From IMG/VR virus record IMGVR_UViG_3300000976_000010: DNA of 39,311 bases. One strand, given 5' to 3'. The stretch is from a virus. The position numbers and the translations under genes were made by a program. Below, one piece after another: positions 38,331-39,311 of the stretch. Below the pieces are notes generated by a model that did not search any database, was not told where the DNA came from, and worked only from the letters and a program-made list of their open reading frames with translations. Position 1 is the first letter of the stretch, and each line of letters starts with the position of its first letter.

Positions 38331-39287
38331 GTGAAGTACTCATACATTAATGACAAGAGCGTTTGGTATAAGGATGTTAAGGATGGCAGTTTGATTCTAG
38401 GGAATGAACTTAAGATAAACAAAAAAAACCCCAAGCATGATTTAATAATTGAGGCAAAAAGGCGTGTGAATGAATCTATGCTAGATGGTGAATCGGGTGA
38501 CAATAAATCTAGTAAGATTGTAGTATATAATAAACTGATTAGGTCGGATAAAGACGGTAGGTTGTTTATCACACGCGAAGTAATAAAAGATGTGTGCTTG
38601 GAAGAAAAGTTGTATATAAACGATTTCATCTCTGAAAAATTAATATCCAAATATAAACTGATAAAAGAAAAGTCAAAGAATTACAAAAGAGGGGGGAACA
38701 AATCCAAGATGTTATTGGTAACGTCTTTTTACAAATCATTCTTATTGGATAATAAGCATAATTCAAATATTTTTGATTTGTTAGAAGATGTCTTTGAATC
38801 AAAGCAGCATAGAAAATTGTTCACATATAAAACATGGTCTGAATATGGCTTTCCTATATTAACTAATAGTGTCATTATAACCAATTCAACGGAAGAGTAT
38901 ACGCATACAATAAAAAAAACTACTAAGAATGGTAAAAGAGAAAGCCTAGTCTTTAGAGGGGATGTGTACTCTATGACTGATGGGAGGTGTAATTTAGACA
39001 TAGTTGTTGATTTTATAAAGTTATCAACATTAGTCGAATTGCCTATAATAGCCTTTTTGGAGCCAAGTAATATAAACAACACTTTTTACTTTTTTAGTAG
39101 TGTGATTGCTTTGAGAAATTTAGAAATAATTGGGGGAGCAGATACTAGTAATTATAAAAAAAATAAATTCCCAACTGATAAATTTGTGCCATTTTTTCAG
39201 GATGTCCACCAAAGTTTTACATATTGGTCGAAAAATCAAATATTACAGATCTATAATAGAACACATTTCAAAAAGAGGGATTCTTAA
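38331..39287 (+). CDS. hypothetical basic protein
   Basis: 318-aa ORF with a GTG start. Confidence 0.8.
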   Translation: MKYSYINDKSVWYKDVKDGSLILGNELKINKKNPKHDLIIEAKRRVNESMLDGESGDNKSSKIVVYNKLIRSDKDGRLFITREVIKDVCLEEKLYINDFISEKLISKYKLIKEKSKNYKRGGNKSKMLLVTSFYKSFLLDNKHNSNIFDLLEDVFESKQHRKLFTYKTWSEYGFPILTNSVIITNSTEEYTHTIKKTTKNGKRESLVFRGDVYSMTDGRCNLDIVVDFIKLSTLVELPIIAFLEPSNINNTFYFFSSVIALRNLEIIGGADTSNYKKNKFPTDKFVPFFQDVHQSFTYWSKNQILQIYNRTHFKKRDS

Positions 39288-39311
39288 TAGGGCTACTAAA
39301 TCAAAAACAGC

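Noticed and set aside
1131-39082. Many short antisense or nested ORFs in the track (e.g. 1131-1373, 8695-9117, 27819-28202, 38729-39082)
   Set aside because: They are shadows of longer, motif-bearing genes and have no leader signals.
1-39311. Genome-wide TGA recoding suggested by two in-frame TGAs
   Set aside because: Long genes encode Trp with TGG and contain no internal TGA, and other lesions are TAA or frameshifts. Decay explains all of them more simply.
1-39311. Eukaryotic or giant-virus origin suggested by the LRR, patatin and BCS1-like genes
   Set aside because: Bacteroidota promoters, operon-style packing, a phage Dam methylase and tail/baseplate-like genes point to a bacteriophage.

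Overview
AT-rich (roughly 30-33% GC by eye), gene-dense segment that reads as part of a large, probably contractile-tailed phage of a Bacteroidota host. Host evidence: repeated TTTG-N19/20-TAnnTTTG-type promoters, A-rich leaders without Shine-Dalgarno sites, and Flavobacteria-like DUF6624 and HigA-like fragments. Layout: (i) a 600-bp AT-rich divergent intergenic region with direct and inverted repeats; (ii) a + strand block with two 23-residue LRR genes, a third LRR-less paralogue and a 1756-aa AEP primase/SF2 helicase fusion; (iii) a patatin divergent from a virion block (DUF2793 fibre-like protein, beta-helix spike with a C-terminal adhesin-like domain, baseplate wedge-like protein, tail-tube-cap-like protein), with unit starts preceded by a candidate late promoter TACATA; (iv) an 11-kb minus-strand array of small accessory genes including a Dam-type methyltransferase and a BCS1-like AAA+ ATPase, with several broken ORFs. 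The most notable signal is a set of attC-like YAAC...GTTR sites and one complete stem-loop element punctuating this array (26.4-30.1 kb), suggesting integron-like cassette shuffling in a phage. No integrase, tRNA, rRNA or CRISPR array was seen. All family calls come from motif recognition by eye, without database searches.
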